Shown piece after piece: positions 20,062 to 29,923 of a stretch of 64,000 nucleotides of DNA. Positions within the stretch are counted from its first letter, which is position 1, and each line of letters opens with the position of its first letter. The notes below the pieces were generated by a model. That model was not told the DNA's origin, did not search any database, and saw nothing but the letters and a program-made list of their open reading frames with translations. Source of the stretch: an uncultured Actinomycetota bacterium (GTDB lineage Bacteria > Actinomycetota > Actinomycetes > Mycobacteriales > Geodermatophilaceae); NCBI GenBank assembly GCA_963759905.1, contig CAVXBD010000002.1:7673-71672 (forward strand), written 5' to 3'. The position numbers and the translations under genes were made by a program.

Positions 20062-20805
20062 TCAGATGCTGACTTGGGAGAACAGACCGGCGATCACGGC
20101 ACCGATCAGCGGGCCGACGATCGGCACCCAGGAGTAACCCCAGTCGCTGCCGCCCTTGCCGCGGATCGGGAGGATGGCGTGCGCGATGCGGGGGCCGAGG
20201 TCGCGGGCAGGGTTGATGGCGTACCCGGTGGGACCACCGAGCGAGGCGCCGATACCGACGACCAGCAGGGCGACGGCCAGCGGGCCGACCTGGGTCGGGG
20301 TGTCCCCGAACCGCAGCACGATGTAGACCAGCACGAAGGTGCCGATGGCCTCGGTGATGACGTTGTCGGCGTAGCTGCGGATCGCCGGGCCGGTGGAGAA
20401 GGTGCCCAGGATGGCCCCGGCGTCGTTGGTGGGGTCGGCGTAGTGCTTGCGGTAGGCCAGCCACGCGATGCTCGCCCCGAGGAAGGCGCCGAGCAGTTCG
20501 GACAGGATGTAGACCACGGTCGAGGCGAAGGTCACCGGGATACCCGGCCCGTACTCCTCCGCGCCGCTGACCAGCAGACCGATGGTCACCGCCGGGTTGA
20601 GGTGGGCGCCGGAGCTGGCCGCGGCGTAGACACCGGCGTAGACGCCGAGCCCCCACCCGAAGATGATCACGATCCAGCCGCCGCCCAGCCCCTTGGACTG
20701 GGCGAGCAGGACGTTCGCGACGACGCCGACACCCAGCAGGAGGAGGATCCCGGTGCCGGTGACCTCACTGCCGAAGACGGTCCAGAGACTCGTTGTCTGG
20801 TCCAA
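20062..20805 (-). CDS. glpF: Glycerol uptake facilitator (MIP family)
   Basis: SGAHLNPAVT and GYAINPARDLGPR NPA motifs. Confidence 0.95.
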   Translation of the reverse strand: MDQTTSLWTVFGSEVTGTGILLLLGVGVVANVLLAQSKGLGGGWIVIIFGWGLGVYAGVYAAASSGAHLNPAVTIGLLVSGAEEYGPGIPVTFASTVVYILSELLGAFLGASIAWLAYRKHYADPTNDAGAILGTFSTGPAIRSYADNVITEAIGTFVLVYIVLRFGDTPTQVGPLAVALLVVGIGASLGGPTGYAINPARDLGPRIAHAILPIRGKGGSDWGYSWVPIVGPLIGAVIAGLFSQVSI

Positions 20806-20958
20806 AGGAGGAGCTCCTGTCTACGGGCCCGCTGCATTGCGGGCCGGTTCCGACGCCGCTGCCACCCGGGCCGACCCTGGGGTCGTGTGGTCCGGATCAC
20901 CTCGGCGCTGTCCGGGGGGACGCTAGGTGGCAGTGATCACCTGGGGGAAGGCTGTCGG

Positions 20959-20977
20959 GTACGACATGGTCGGACAA
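20959..20977. promoter_or_regulatory. Putative GylR (IclR) operator upstream of glpF-glpK
   Basis: GTACGAC-ATG-GTCGGAC-AA; near-identical palindrome found upstream of glpD. Confidence 0.65.
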
Positions 20978-21045
20978 CGAGCCCGAGCCTCGGCGGACGG
21001 GCCGGTGGCGGCGCTCGCCCGGGCGGTTGCCCTACCGTCGGCGGG

Positions 21046-21765
21046 GTGCCGGGCACCGTGCAGTCGATCGAGCGTGCGGCCGCCATCCTGCAGGTCGTCG
21101 CCGGCAGCGGCGGCACCCTCGGGGTCACCGATGTCGCGGCCGCGGTGGGACTGCCCAAGACCACCGCGCACAGCCTGCTGCGGACGTTGCTGGCCGTGGG
21201 GTTCGTCGAGCAGGACCGGCAGGGCCGGTACGCCCTCGGCGCGGGCCTGCTCCGACTGGGTACCAGCCACCTGGATGTCAACGAGCTGCGGTCCCGGGCC
21301 TCGAACTGGGCCGACGCGCTGGCCTCGCGCAGCGGCCAGTCGGTGCGGCTGGCCACCCGGGTCGGGGACCGGGTGGTGGTGGTGCACCACGTCTTCCGGC
21401 CCGACGACTCCGCCCAGGTGCTGGAGGTCGGCACCTCGCTGCCGGCCGACCGGACGGCGTTGGGTCGGGTGCTCACCGCGTTCGCCCCGCACCGCTCCAC
21501 CCGGGGGGCGCCGGACGCCGGGCGGGAGGCGCTGACCGCGGTGCGCAGCCGGGGCTGGGCGGTGTCGCTGGGCGAGTGCGAGCCGCGCACCGGGGGGCTG
21601 GCCGCACCGGTGCGCGGCTCCACCGGTCTGGTGGTGGCGGCGCTGGGCGTCGTGGGGCCGCTGGAGGCGATCGCGGACGGCCGGGGGCAGCCTCGGGCCA
21701 AGCTGGTGGGCATGGTGCTGGAGGCTGCCCAGGCAGTCTCCCGCGAGCTGGGCTGGCGGGTCTGA
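21046..21765 (+). CDS. gylR: IclR family glycerol operon regulator (GylR-like)
   Basis: VQSIERAAAIL...LPKTTAHSLLRTL HTH; ELRSRASNWADAL, HHVFRPDD as in Streptomyces GylR; located in glp cluster. Confidence 0.85.
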   Translation: MPGTVQSIERAAAILQVVAGSGGTLGVTDVAAAVGLPKTTAHSLLRTLLAVGFVEQDRQGRYALGAGLLRLGTSHLDVNELRSRASNWADALASRSGQSVRLATRVGDRVVVVHHVFRPDDSAQVLEVGTSLPADRTALGRVLTAFAPHRSTRGAPDAGREALTAVRSRGWAVSLGECEPRTGGLAAPVRGSTGLVVAALGVVGPLEAIADGRGQPRAKLVGMVLEAAQAVSRELGWRV

Positions 21766-21769
21766 CCCG

Positions 21770-23281
21770 GTGAGCGAGCGGTACGTGCTGGCGGTGGACC
21801 AGGGCACGACGTCGACCCGGTCCCTGGTGTTCGACCGGAGCGGTCGGATGGTCGCCGTCCGGCAGCGGGAGCACCGGCAGTGGTTCCCCCGCCCGGGCTG
21901 GGTCGAGCACGACCCGATGGAGATCTGGGCCAACACCCAGCGCACGGCCGCGCAGGCACTCCGCGACGTCGCCGCCGCCAACGGTGAGGTCGTGGCGCTG
22001 GGGATCGCCAACCAGCGGGAGACCACCGTGGTCTGGGAGCGGGCGACCGGCCGCCCGGTGACCCGGGCCATCGTCTGGCAGGACACCCGCACGGCCGATC
22101 TGGTGCAGGCCCTCGGTGCCCGCCCGGACGCCGGGATCGTGGCCGAGCGCAGCGGGATGGACATCGCGGGCTACTTCGCCGGACCCCGGCTGCGCTGGTT
22201 GCTGGACCACCTGCCGCGGGCCCGTGAGCGCGCCGAGGCCGGTGAGCTGCTGTTCGGGACGATGGAGAGCTGGCTGATCTGGAACCTCACCGGTGGCCCG
22301 GAGGGCGGGGTGCACGTCACCGATGTGACCAACGCCAGCCGCACCTCGCTGATGGATGTGCGCACCTGCCGGTGGGACCCGGACCTGCTGGACTTCTTCG
22401 GCGTCCCTGCGGCGCTGCTGCCCGAGATCCGGCCGTCGGTGGGCCTGCTGGGGCTGGCCACGGCGCTGTCCCCGGCCATCCCGATCACCGGGGCGCTGGG
22501 CGACCAGCAGGCGGCGTTGTTCGGCCAGACCTGCTTCGCCCCCGGTGAGGCCAAGTGCACCTACGGCACCGGCAGCTTCCTGCTGCAGAACACCGGCACC
22601 GAGCTGGTGCGTACCCGGTCGGGGTCGATCAGCACGGTGGCCTACCAGCTGGCCGGGGAACCGGTGCACTACGCGCTGGAGGGATCGGTGGCCGTGGCCG
22701 GTGCCCTGGTGCAGTGGCTGCGCGACGGTCTGGGCCTGATCTCCACCGCGCCGGAGGTGGAGACCCTGGCCCGGACCGTGCGGGACAACGGGGGCTGCTA
22801 CGTCGTCCCGGCGTTCTCCGGGCTGCTGGCCCCGCACTGGCGGGGTGAGGCGCGGGGCATGGTGGCCGGGCTGACCTCCTACGTCACCAAGGGTCACCTG
22901 GCGCGGGCAGTGCTGGAGGCCACCGGCTGGCAGACCCGGGACGTCGTGCAGGCGATGGCTGCGGACTCGGGGCTGGACCTCACCGAGCTGCGGGTGGACG
23001 GCGGCATGACCACCAACAACCTGCTCATGCAGTTCGTCGCCGACGTGTTGGACACCCCGGTGGTGCGCCCGATGGTGGGGGAGACGGTCTCCCTGGGAGC
23101 CGGCTACGCGGCGGGCCTGGCGGTCGGGTTGTGGGCGGACGTGGAGGCGTTGCGGCGGAACTGGCACCGGTCGGCGCAGTGGAATCCGGTCCCCGCGCGG
23201 GCGACCTCGCTCAGTGCCGAGTACCCCACCTGGGAGCGCGCGGTGGCGCTGTCGATCGCCTGGGGTGCGCCGTACGAGTGA
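21770..23281 (+). CDS. glpK: Second glycerol kinase paralogue
   Basis: [35 protein letters not shown]. Confidence 0.92.
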   Translation: MSERYVLAVDQGTTSTRSLVFDRSGRMVAVRQREHRQWFPRPGWVEHDPMEIWANTQRTAAQALRDVAAANGEVVALGIANQRETTVVWERATGRPVTRAIVWQDTRTADLVQALGARPDAGIVAERSGMDIAGYFAGPRLRWLLDHLPRARERAEAGELLFGTMESWLIWNLTGGPEGGVHVTDVTNASRTSLMDVRTCRWDPDLLDFFGVPAALLPEIRPSVGLLGLATALSPAIPITGALGDQQAALFGQTCFAPGEAKCTYGTGSFLLQNTGTELVRTRSGSISTVAYQLAGEPVHYALEGSVAVAGALVQWLRDGLGLISTAPEVETLARTVRDNGGCYVVPAFSGLLAPHWRGEARGMVAGLTSYVTKGHLARAVLEATGWQTRDVVQAMAADSGLDLTELRVDGGMTTNNLLMQFVADVLDTPVVRPMVGETVSLGAGYAAGLAVGLWADVEALRRNWHRSAQWNPVPARATSLSAEYPTWERAVALSIAWGAPYE

Positions 23282-23283
23282 TC

Positions 23284-23302
23284 TTGTCCGACATCGTCGG
23301 AC
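23284..23302. promoter_or_regulatory. Putative GylR (IclR) operator upstream of glpD
   Basis: TT-GTCCGAC-ATC-GTCGGAC perfect 7-3-7 palindrome. Confidence 0.7.
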
Positions 23303-23454
23303 TCGAGGGTTCGCCGCGGCCGGTGCGCGGTCCTACCGTGGGTGGCAGGTACCGCGGATCACACCGTGGCACGCATACCGAGGTGCACCTGTCCGGGGGC
23401 ACCCGTCAGGACATCGCCGTCCGACGTGACGGCTGCTGAGCACAGGAGTCCCGC

Positions 23455-25185
23455 ATGTCGGCTGTCAGCCAGTTGGGTCCCCAGCAGCGCGCCGAGGCCT
23501 GGGCCAGGCTCGCCGAGGAGGAGTTCGAGGTCCTCGTCGTCGGTGGCGGGGTGACCGGGGCCGGCGTTGCGCTGGACGCGGCCACCCGCGGGCTGAAGAC
23601 CGCCCTGGTGGAGGCCCGCGACTTCGCCTCCGGGACGTCGTCGCGGTCCTCGAAGCTGTTCCACGGCGGTCTGCGCTACCTGGAGAAGCTGGACTTCGGC
23701 CTGGTCCGCGAGGCCTTGCACGAGCGCGACCTGGCGGTGAACCGGATCTCCCCGCACCTGGTCAAGCCGCTGGCGTTCCTCTACCCGCTGACCCACCGGG
23801 TGTGGGAGCGGCCCTACGTGACCGCCGGTATCGCGCTCTACGACGCGTTGGCCCGGGTCGGTGCGCTGTCCGAGCCGATGCCCAGCCAGAAGCACCTGAC
23901 CCGGAACGGGGCACGTCGGCTGTTCCCGTCCCTGAAGTCCGACGCGCTGGTCGGCGCGGTCCGCTACTACGACGCGCAGGCCGACGACGCCCGGCACACC
24001 TTGACCGTCGCCCTCACCGCCGCCAGCTACGGCGCCACCGTGCTCAACAGCGCCGAGGTCGTCTCCTTCAACCACGCCGGTGGACGTGTCGTCGGGGCCC
24101 GGGTGCGCAACGTGGAGACCGGTGAGGAGGTCGACGTCCGCAGCCAGGTGGTGGTCAACGCCACCGGCGTGTGGACCGACGACCTGCAGGAGCTGGTGGG
24201 TGGGCGCGGACGGTTCCACGTGCGGGCCTCCAAGGGCGTGCACATCGTCGTCCCGCGGGATCGGATCAACGGCGAGACCGGCCTGATCCTGAAGACCGAG
24301 AAGTCCGTGCTCTTCGTCATCCCGTGGGGCTCGCACTGGATCGTGGGCACCACCGACACGGACTGGGACCTGGACAAGGCGCACCCCGCGGCGTCGAAGG
24401 CCGACATCGACTACATCCTCGAGCACGTCAACAAGGTGCTGATGACGCCGCTCACCCACGACGACATCTCCGGGGTCTACGCGGGCCTGCGCCCCCTGCT
24501 GTCCGGGGAGAGCGAGGACACCAGCCAGCTCTCCCGCGAGCACGCGGTGGCGCGGCCCATGCCCGGGGTCATCTCGGTGGCCGGTGGCAAGTACACGACC
24601 TACCGTCCGATGGCGGCCGACGCGGTGGACGCCGTCGCCGAGGACGTCACCCGGCCCGTGCCGGCCAGCGTCACCGAGGACATCCCGCTGGTCGGGGCCG
24701 AGGGTTACCGCGCGATGGTCAATTCCCTGGACCGACTGGCCGAGCAGTGGGGCATCGGGAAGTTCCGGGCCGAGCACCTGCTCAACCGGTTCGGTTCGCT
24801 GACCCCCGACGTGTTGGCCCTGGCCACCGAGGACCGTTCGCTGCTGGAGCCGGTGCCCGGTGCCGAGGAGTACCTGATGGTCGAGATGGTGTGGGGGGCC
24901 GCGCACGAGGGCGCGCTGCACCTGGACGACCTGCTCGCCCGCCGGACGCGGATCTCGATCGAGACGCCGCACCGCGGTACCGAGTCCGCCGAGCCGGTGG
25001 CCCGCGCGGTGGCCGGCGTGCTCGGATGGGACGAGGAGCGGATTGCCAACGAGGTGGCCTCCTACGCGGCCCGGGTCGAGGCCGAGCGCCGGTCCCAGAC
25101 CGAAGCCTCCGACCAGGCGGCCGACGCGGTGCGGGTCGCTGCGCCGGACACCCGCGCGGTGGCCGTGGGTCGCGCGCTGGTCTGA
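23455..25185 (+). CDS. glpD: FAD-dependent glycerol-3-phosphate dehydrogenase
   Basis: VVGGGVTGAG, GTSSRSSKLFHGGLRYL, GTTDT, GGKYTTYR. Confidence 0.96.
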   Translation: MSAVSQLGPQQRAEAWARLAEEEFEVLVVGGGVTGAGVALDAATRGLKTALVEARDFASGTSSRSSKLFHGGLRYLEKLDFGLVREALHERDLAVNRISPHLVKPLAFLYPLTHRVWERPYVTAGIALYDALARVGALSEPMPSQKHLTRNGARRLFPSLKSDALVGAVRYYDAQADDARHTLTVALTAASYGATVLNSAEVVSFNHAGGRVVGARVRNVETGEEVDVRSQVVVNATGVWTDDLQELVGGRGRFHVRASKGVHIVVPRDRINGETGLILKTEKSVLFVIPWGSHWIVGTTDTDWDLDKAHPAASKADIDYILEHVNKVLMTPLTHDDISGVYAGLRPLLSGESEDTSQLSREHAVARPMPGVISVAGGKYTTYRPMAADAVDAVAEDVTRPVPASVTEDIPLVGAEGYRAMVNSLDRLAEQWGIGKFRAEHLLNRFGSLTPDVLALATEDRSLLEPVPGAEEYLMVEMVWGAAHEGALHLDDLLARRTRISIETPHRGTESAEPVARAVAGVLGWDEERIANEVASYAARVEAERRSQTEASDQAADAVRVAAPDTRAVAVGRALV

Positions 25186-25363
25186 GGAACCGCTGACCAG
25201 CCCGGGCGCTCCGGTGAGCTGATCGGCCCGGCCCGGCCCACCTGCACCGGTGGGCCGGGCCGGATCGCGTTTCCCGGGGCCAGGCGCAGCCGGCCCAGGG
25301 CGGGTGTCGGTCCCGGCCGGTCCGGGCATGGGACGGGTTCACCCCGATCCCGAGGAGACCGCT

Positions 25364-25798
25364 GTGCCCAGCGTCGAACGCACGTTCACCGTCCAGTGCC
25401 CGCTGGAGCGTGTGGTGGAGTACCTCGCGGACTTCGGCCACGCCGAGCAGTGGGATCCCGGGACGACGTCGTGCACCCCGATCGACGCCCGGCCGCTGCA
25501 GGTCGGGTCGCGGTGGCGCAACGTCAGCGAGTTCCTGGGCCGGGAGACCGAGTTGGAGTACCGGCTCGAGCGCTGGGAGCCCGACCACCTGGTCTTCATC
25601 GGGGAGAACAGCACGGCCACCTCGACCGACGACCTCACCTTCCGGGCGGTGGATGCCGCCACCACCGAGATCCGCTACCACGCAGACTTCGACTTCCACG
25701 GCGTCGCGGCGCTGGCCGGGCCGTTGCTGAAGCCGGCGCTGGCGAAGCTGGCCGACAAGACCGAGGAGCAGATGACCCGCACGCTGGGCTCGCTCTGA
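25364..25798 (+). CDS. SRPBCC (polyketide cyclase/dehydrase) family protein
   Basis: VEYLADFGHAEQWDPG pattern; GAGGAG RBS. Confidence 0.82.
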   Translation: MPSVERTFTVQCPLERVVEYLADFGHAEQWDPGTTSCTPIDARPLQVGSRWRNVSEFLGRETELEYRLERWEPDHLVFIGENSTATSTDDLTFRAVDAATTEIRYHADFDFHGVAALAGPLLKPALAKLADKTEEQMTRTLGSL

Positions 25799-25897
25799 CC
25801 TGTCGCGCGCTCTGACCTGTTGCGCGCTCGACCTGTTGCCCCGGGTGAGCGGCCACGTCATGCCGTCGGGGTGCCCGGGTCCGGGCAGACTGCGGGC

Positions 25898-26632
25898 GTG
25901 ACCGGGGCGCGGGACGACGGACAGAGCTGGGAGGCCGCCCCGCCGGGGCAGGGCTGGGAGGCCGCCCCGCCGGGGCGCGGCTGGTCGACACCCGGACCAC
26001 CGGTGGGTCGGGGGGGCGGCCGGGCGCAGGACCACGAGGCCGGTCACGTCGGCGCGGACGGGTCTGGCTGGGCCGCCCAGCCTGAGGGTCCGCGCAGCCC
26101 GTGGGCAGGTGGGCAGCCCGACTGGCCGTCCGCACCCGGGTGGTGGCCGCCGGCCCAGCCGCTGGCTCCAGCTGTGTGGCCGCACGGTCCGGGTCGTCCG
26201 GCGCAGGCGACCGCGGCTGCGGTACTGGGCTTCCTCTCCGGGGGGATCGCGATCCTGTGGGGACTGGTCGGCATCGTGCTGCTGGCCGGTTCCGACGGCG
26301 GCAGCGGCACCTGGGTCGGGGTCCTCGTCGGACTGCCGGCCGGGGTCGCGCTGGTTCTCGGTGGCATCCGGCTGCTGGCCCGGGCGGATCGCTGGAGCAT
26401 CGCCGTGGGTGGGGCGGTGCTTGCCCTGACGGTGCTCGGGCAGGCGGTCATCAGCGCCGCGTCGAGCTACGGCTCCGCCGCCGGCCAGGCGACCCTGGTG
26501 GTCCTGCTGCTGCCCGCACCCTCCATCGCGGCGGTCCTCGCGTCGCTCCCGCTGATCGGAGGATGGGTGGCCGGTGGTCGCCCAGCCGCCTCCGGGCCTG
26601 CAGCCCAGCAGGAGCTCCCGCGGCCCTGGTGA
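25898..26632 (+). CDS. Hypothetical membrane protein with Pro/Trp-rich repetitive N-terminus
   Basis: WEAAPPG repeats followed by about 4 hydrophobic segments. Confidence 0.6.
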   Translation: MTGARDDGQSWEAAPPGQGWEAAPPGRGWSTPGPPVGRGGGRAQDHEAGHVGADGSGWAAQPEGPRSPWAGGQPDWPSAPGWWPPAQPLAPAVWPHGPGRPAQATAAAVLGFLSGGIAILWGLVGIVLLAGSDGGSGTWVGVLVGLPAGVALVLGGIRLLARADRWSIAVGGAVLALTVLGQAVISAASSYGSAAGQATLVVLLLPAPSIAAVLASLPLIGGWVAGGRPAASGPAAQQELPRPW

Positions 26633-26687
26633 TCGTCGGCCCCGCGACGGCAGCTGGGCCCGAGGGGTTCGGGTCCAGTGCCGGGGT

Positions 26688-26707
26688 GGCGTTCCACGTG
26701 GAACGCC
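26688..26707. other. parS-type palindrome (intergenic)
   Basis: GGCGTTCCACGTGGAACGCC, 20-bp perfect palindrome. Confidence 0.8.
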
Positions 26708-26842
26708 GCAGCGGGGGGACCGGGGTGGATGGGGATGGTGACACCGGCCCGTGGCACGGGCCATGGCACGGGCCGTGGCGGGGCCGTGCTGAGGTCCTGC
26801 CGAGATCTTGTCGCGATCCTGTCGCCACTGGCCACCGCTCGA

Positions 26843-27120
26843 GAACGGCGGCGGGTCGCCGGGGTCGGGCCGGGTGGGGCCGGGTTGGCCGGTGTCGACG
26901 GGGTGGAGGAGCTCCTCGGGCCGGAGCCAGTGGCGGGTACGGGGTGGATCGGTAGCGTGCGTCGTCCCGGTGGGCGTGGTCACCGTCAGCCGCCCGTGGG
27001 GGGTCATGGTGTAGCGCCAGCCAGCGGACTGCCGCCCTGCTGCTGGCCCTGGACGCGCACACTCACACCCCGGTGCCGGCTGACCTCCACACCGACAGGC
27101 CAGGACGGGGGTACGACAGG
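26843..27120 (-). pseudogene. Relic of a DUF222/HNH endonuclease-type gene (C-terminus and possible promoter only)
   Basis: Minus strand QSAGWRYTMTPHGRLTVTTPTGTTHATDPP...DPPPF resembles the usual tail of actinobacterial DUF222-HNH proteins; no HNH core present. Confidence 0.55.
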
Positions 27121-27361
27121 TTCTCGGGCGTGGACAGGGGGGCTGGCCGGCATTTCTCTCCGTCGGCGGGACGTGACGGATCGTTCCCACCCGGAGTCGG
27201 CCGGGGTCGTGGGTCTGGCCCAGGGCCGGTGCCCCAGGGTCTGCCGCAGGGTCGAGGGCGGCCGCCGGGGGCTGTCGGATGGTCCAGGCCAGGGTCCGAT
27301 CCCGAGCGGTGGACACCGGCCCCGACAGGCGGGCGCCGACCCCACCAGGCAGGGTGCAGGC

Positions 27362-28438
27362 GTGCGCATCGACGTCGTCGACCTGGTCCGTGAACTCGTC
27401 CGCCGGCCCACCGTGTCCGGTGACCCCCGCCCGCAGCGGGACGTCATGGGGCTGATCTCCGAGGTGCTCCGGGAGCGGGCCCCGCACCTGGAACGCGTCG
27501 ACGGTGACGACGCCGACCAGCCCTGGACGCTGCTCACCACGCCGACCGACCCGGACCGACCGCGGCTGCTGTTCGCCTGCCACGTCGACACGGTCCCGGC
27601 CGTCGACGGCGCCCACTGGCAGCGCGACCCGTTCAGCGCCGAGGCCGAGGACGGCCGGGTGTGGGGGCGGGGTGGCTCGGACATGAAGGCTGGTCTGGTG
27701 GCCGCGGTCGCCGCCGTCGCCGCCGCCGACCCCGAGACCCCCGTCGGGCTGTTGCTCACCAGCGACGAGGAGATCGGTTCCAAGGGCGCGCTGGTCGCTG
27801 CCCGGGCGCTGCAGGGCACCCGCACCGGGGCCGTCGTGGTGCCCGAGGCCACCGGCAACGAGGTCGTCCTGGGTCACCGGGGCGCCCTGTGGCTGGCCGT
27901 GCGGGCGGCCGGGCGGGCGGCCCACGGCAGCACCCCGCACCTGGGCCACAACGCCGTCCTCGACCTGGTGGCGGTGCTGGCGCGTGCCGGGTCGCAGCTG
28001 CCGCTGGCCAGCGAGGACTTCCTGGGCACCGAGACGTGGAACCCGGGGGTCATCCGGGGCGGGACGGTGCCCAACGTGGTGCCCGACGCGGCCGAGGTGC
28101 TGGTCGACATGCGCACGGTGGGCGACGGGACGGCCCTGCAGACCTGGTGGCGGTCCCAGCCGGAGGTCGCCGAGGTCGAGGTGCGGGTCGATCTGCCGCC
28201 CTTGCTGACCAGCGCCGAGGATCCCTGGGTGCAGGCGCTGCCCGCGGTCGTCCGGCCCCAGCCGGCCACCTACTTCACCGACGGCTCGGTGCTGGGTCCG
28301 GTGGCCGACGGCGCCCCGATCGTGGTGTGGGGCCCGGGCACCCCCGCGGTCATGCACGCCCGGGACGAGTACGTGGAGGTCGCCGAGCTGGAGCAGGCCG
28401 CGGCGGCCTTCAGCGAGGCGGTCGCCCGCTGGGCGTGA
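27362..28438 (+). CDS. M20 family metallopeptidase/deacylase (ArgE/DapE-like)
   Basis: CHVDTVP, GRGGSDMKAG, SDEEIGS, AAHGS, MHARDEY. Confidence 0.9.
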   Translation: MRIDVVDLVRELVRRPTVSGDPRPQRDVMGLISEVLRERAPHLERVDGDDADQPWTLLTTPTDPDRPRLLFACHVDTVPAVDGAHWQRDPFSAEAEDGRVWGRGGSDMKAGLVAAVAAVAAADPETPVGLLLTSDEEIGSKGALVAARALQGTRTGAVVVPEATGNEVVLGHRGALWLAVRAAGRAAHGSTPHLGHNAVLDLVAVLARAGSQLPLASEDFLGTETWNPGVIRGGTVPNVVPDAAEVLVDMRTVGDGTALQTWWRSQPEVAEVEVRVDLPPLLTSAEDPWVQALPAVVRPQPATYFTDGSVLGPVADGAPIVVWGPGTPAVMHARDEYVEVAELEQAAAAFSEAVARWA

Positions 28439-28545
28439 CCGTCCGAACAGCGGTGAGGGTGCGCGGCGATGAGTTCCGGTGACGCGGGAGGTCCTAGCGG
28501 GCAGGTCGGTCCGCCAGGATCGCCCCACCGAGCAGAGGAGCCGTC

Positions 28546-28959
28546 ATGACCGCAGCCTTGAACCCCTACCTGTCCTTCGACGGCACCGCCCGCGAGGCCA
28601 TGCAGGCCTACCAGCACGTGCTGGGCGGCGAGCTGACCATGAACACCTTCGCCGAGTTCGGCATGGAGGGCCCCGGTGCCGACCGGATCATGCACGCCCA
28701 GCTGGAGGCCCCGGACGGCATCCGGTTGATGGGCTCGGACAGCGGGCCCGGGATGGGGTTCGAGAAGACCACCGGCATGACGGTGTGCGTCAGTGGCACG
28801 GACGCCGAGAAGCTGCGCGGCTGGTGGACCCAGCTCGCCGAGGGCGCCACCGTCACCACGCCGCTGGAGAAGCAGATGTGGGGCGACGAGTACGGCGCCT
28901 GCGTGGACCGCTTCGGCACCCCCTGGATGTTCAACATCAGCACCGGGTCCGGGGCATGA
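28546..28959 (+). CDS. VOC family protein (PhnB-like)
   Basis: LNPYLSFDG, IMHAQL, WGDEYG...DRFGTPWM. Confidence 0.9.
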   Translation: MTAALNPYLSFDGTAREAMQAYQHVLGGELTMNTFAEFGMEGPGADRIMHAQLEAPDGIRLMGSDSGPGMGFEKTTGMTVCVSGTDAEKLRGWWTQLAEGATVTTPLEKQMWGDEYGACVDRFGTPWMFNISTGSGA

Positions 28960-28966
28960 TCGACCG

Positions 28967-29923
28967 GTGACCGACTTCGAGCTGGTGCTGCCCACGGCCG
29001 TCGACATCCGGGAGGTGGGCATGCGGGACGGGCTCCAGCTGGAGGCGCCCGTCCCGCTGGCCGGCAAGCTGGCGATGCTGGAGGCGCTGGTGGCGACCGG
29101 GGTGCGCCGGATCGAGGTGACCTCCTTCGTCTCCCCGAAGGCGGTCCCTGCGCTGGCCGACGCCGATGCGCTGGCCGCCGAGCTGCACCAGTTCGACGGC
29201 GTGCACTTCTCCGCGCTGGTGGCCAACACCCGCGGTGCGCAGCGCGCGGTGGACGCCGGAATCGCGGACCTGGAGTACGTGGTCAGCGCGGCCGACAGCC
29301 ACAGCCGGGCCAATGCGGGCCGTCCCACGTCCGAGGCGGTGGGCGCCGTCTCCGACATCGCGGCGCTGGCGCACGGCGCCAGGGGCAGCCTGGAAGTCAT
29401 CGTGGCCACCGCATGGGACTGCCCGTTCGACGGCCGGACCCCGCTGGACCGCACCGTCGACGTCACCCGCGCCGCGGTCACCGCCGGTGCCGACGCCCTC
29501 TGCCTGGGGGACACCATCGGCACCACCACCCCGGTACGGGTCGTCCGCCTGCTCGACGAGGTCCGCCGGGCCACCCCGGGCGTCCCGGTGGGCGTGCACT
29601 TCCACGACACCCGGGGCACCGGTCAGGCCAACGCGCTGGCGGCCGTCCAGGCCGGGGTCACCCAGCTGGACGCCTCCGTGGGCGGGCTGGGCGGCTGCCC
29701 CTTCGCCCCGGGCGCCAGCGGCAACATCGCCACCGAGGAGCTGGTCTACTGGCTCACCGACGCCGGCATCGCGACCGGCATCGACCTGGACGCGGTGCTG
29801 GCCGCCGGACGGGTCACCACCGAGGCCGTCGGGCGGGAGCTGCCGAGTTCGCTGCTGCGCGCGGGCGGGCGCAACGCCCCGCGCGGTGCCTACCCGCCGC
29901 CCGTGGTGGGATCGGAGGCATGA
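28967..29923 (+). CDS. Hydroxymethylglutaryl-CoA lyase family protein
   Basis: EVGMRDGLQ, LGDTIG, HFHDTRG, GGLGGCPFAPGASGNIATE. Confidence 0.92.
   Translation: MTDFELVLPTAVDIREVGMRDGLQLEAPVPLAGKLAMLEALVATGVRRIEVTSFVSPKAVPALADADALAAELHQFDGVHFSALVANTRGAQRAVDAGIADLEYVVSAADSHSRANAGRPTSEAVGAVSDIAALAHGARGSLEVIVATAWDCPFDGRTPLDRTVDVTRAAVTAGADALCLGDTIGTTTPVRVVRLLDEVRRATPGVPVGVHFHDTRGTGQANALAAVQAGVTQLDASVGGLGGCPFAPGASGNIATEELVYWLTDAGIATGIDLDAVLAAGRVTTEAVGRELPSSLLRAGGRNAPRGAYPPPVVGSEA

Noticed and set aside
24782-28528. 1248-aa minus-strand ORF and similar long Arg/Pro/Gly-rich ORFs (e.g. 14670-17351, 30161-33106, upstream part of 34868-38365)
   Set aside because: They overlap well-supported genes in other frames, are low-complexity and lack motifs, apart from the short HNH-tail relic reported separately.
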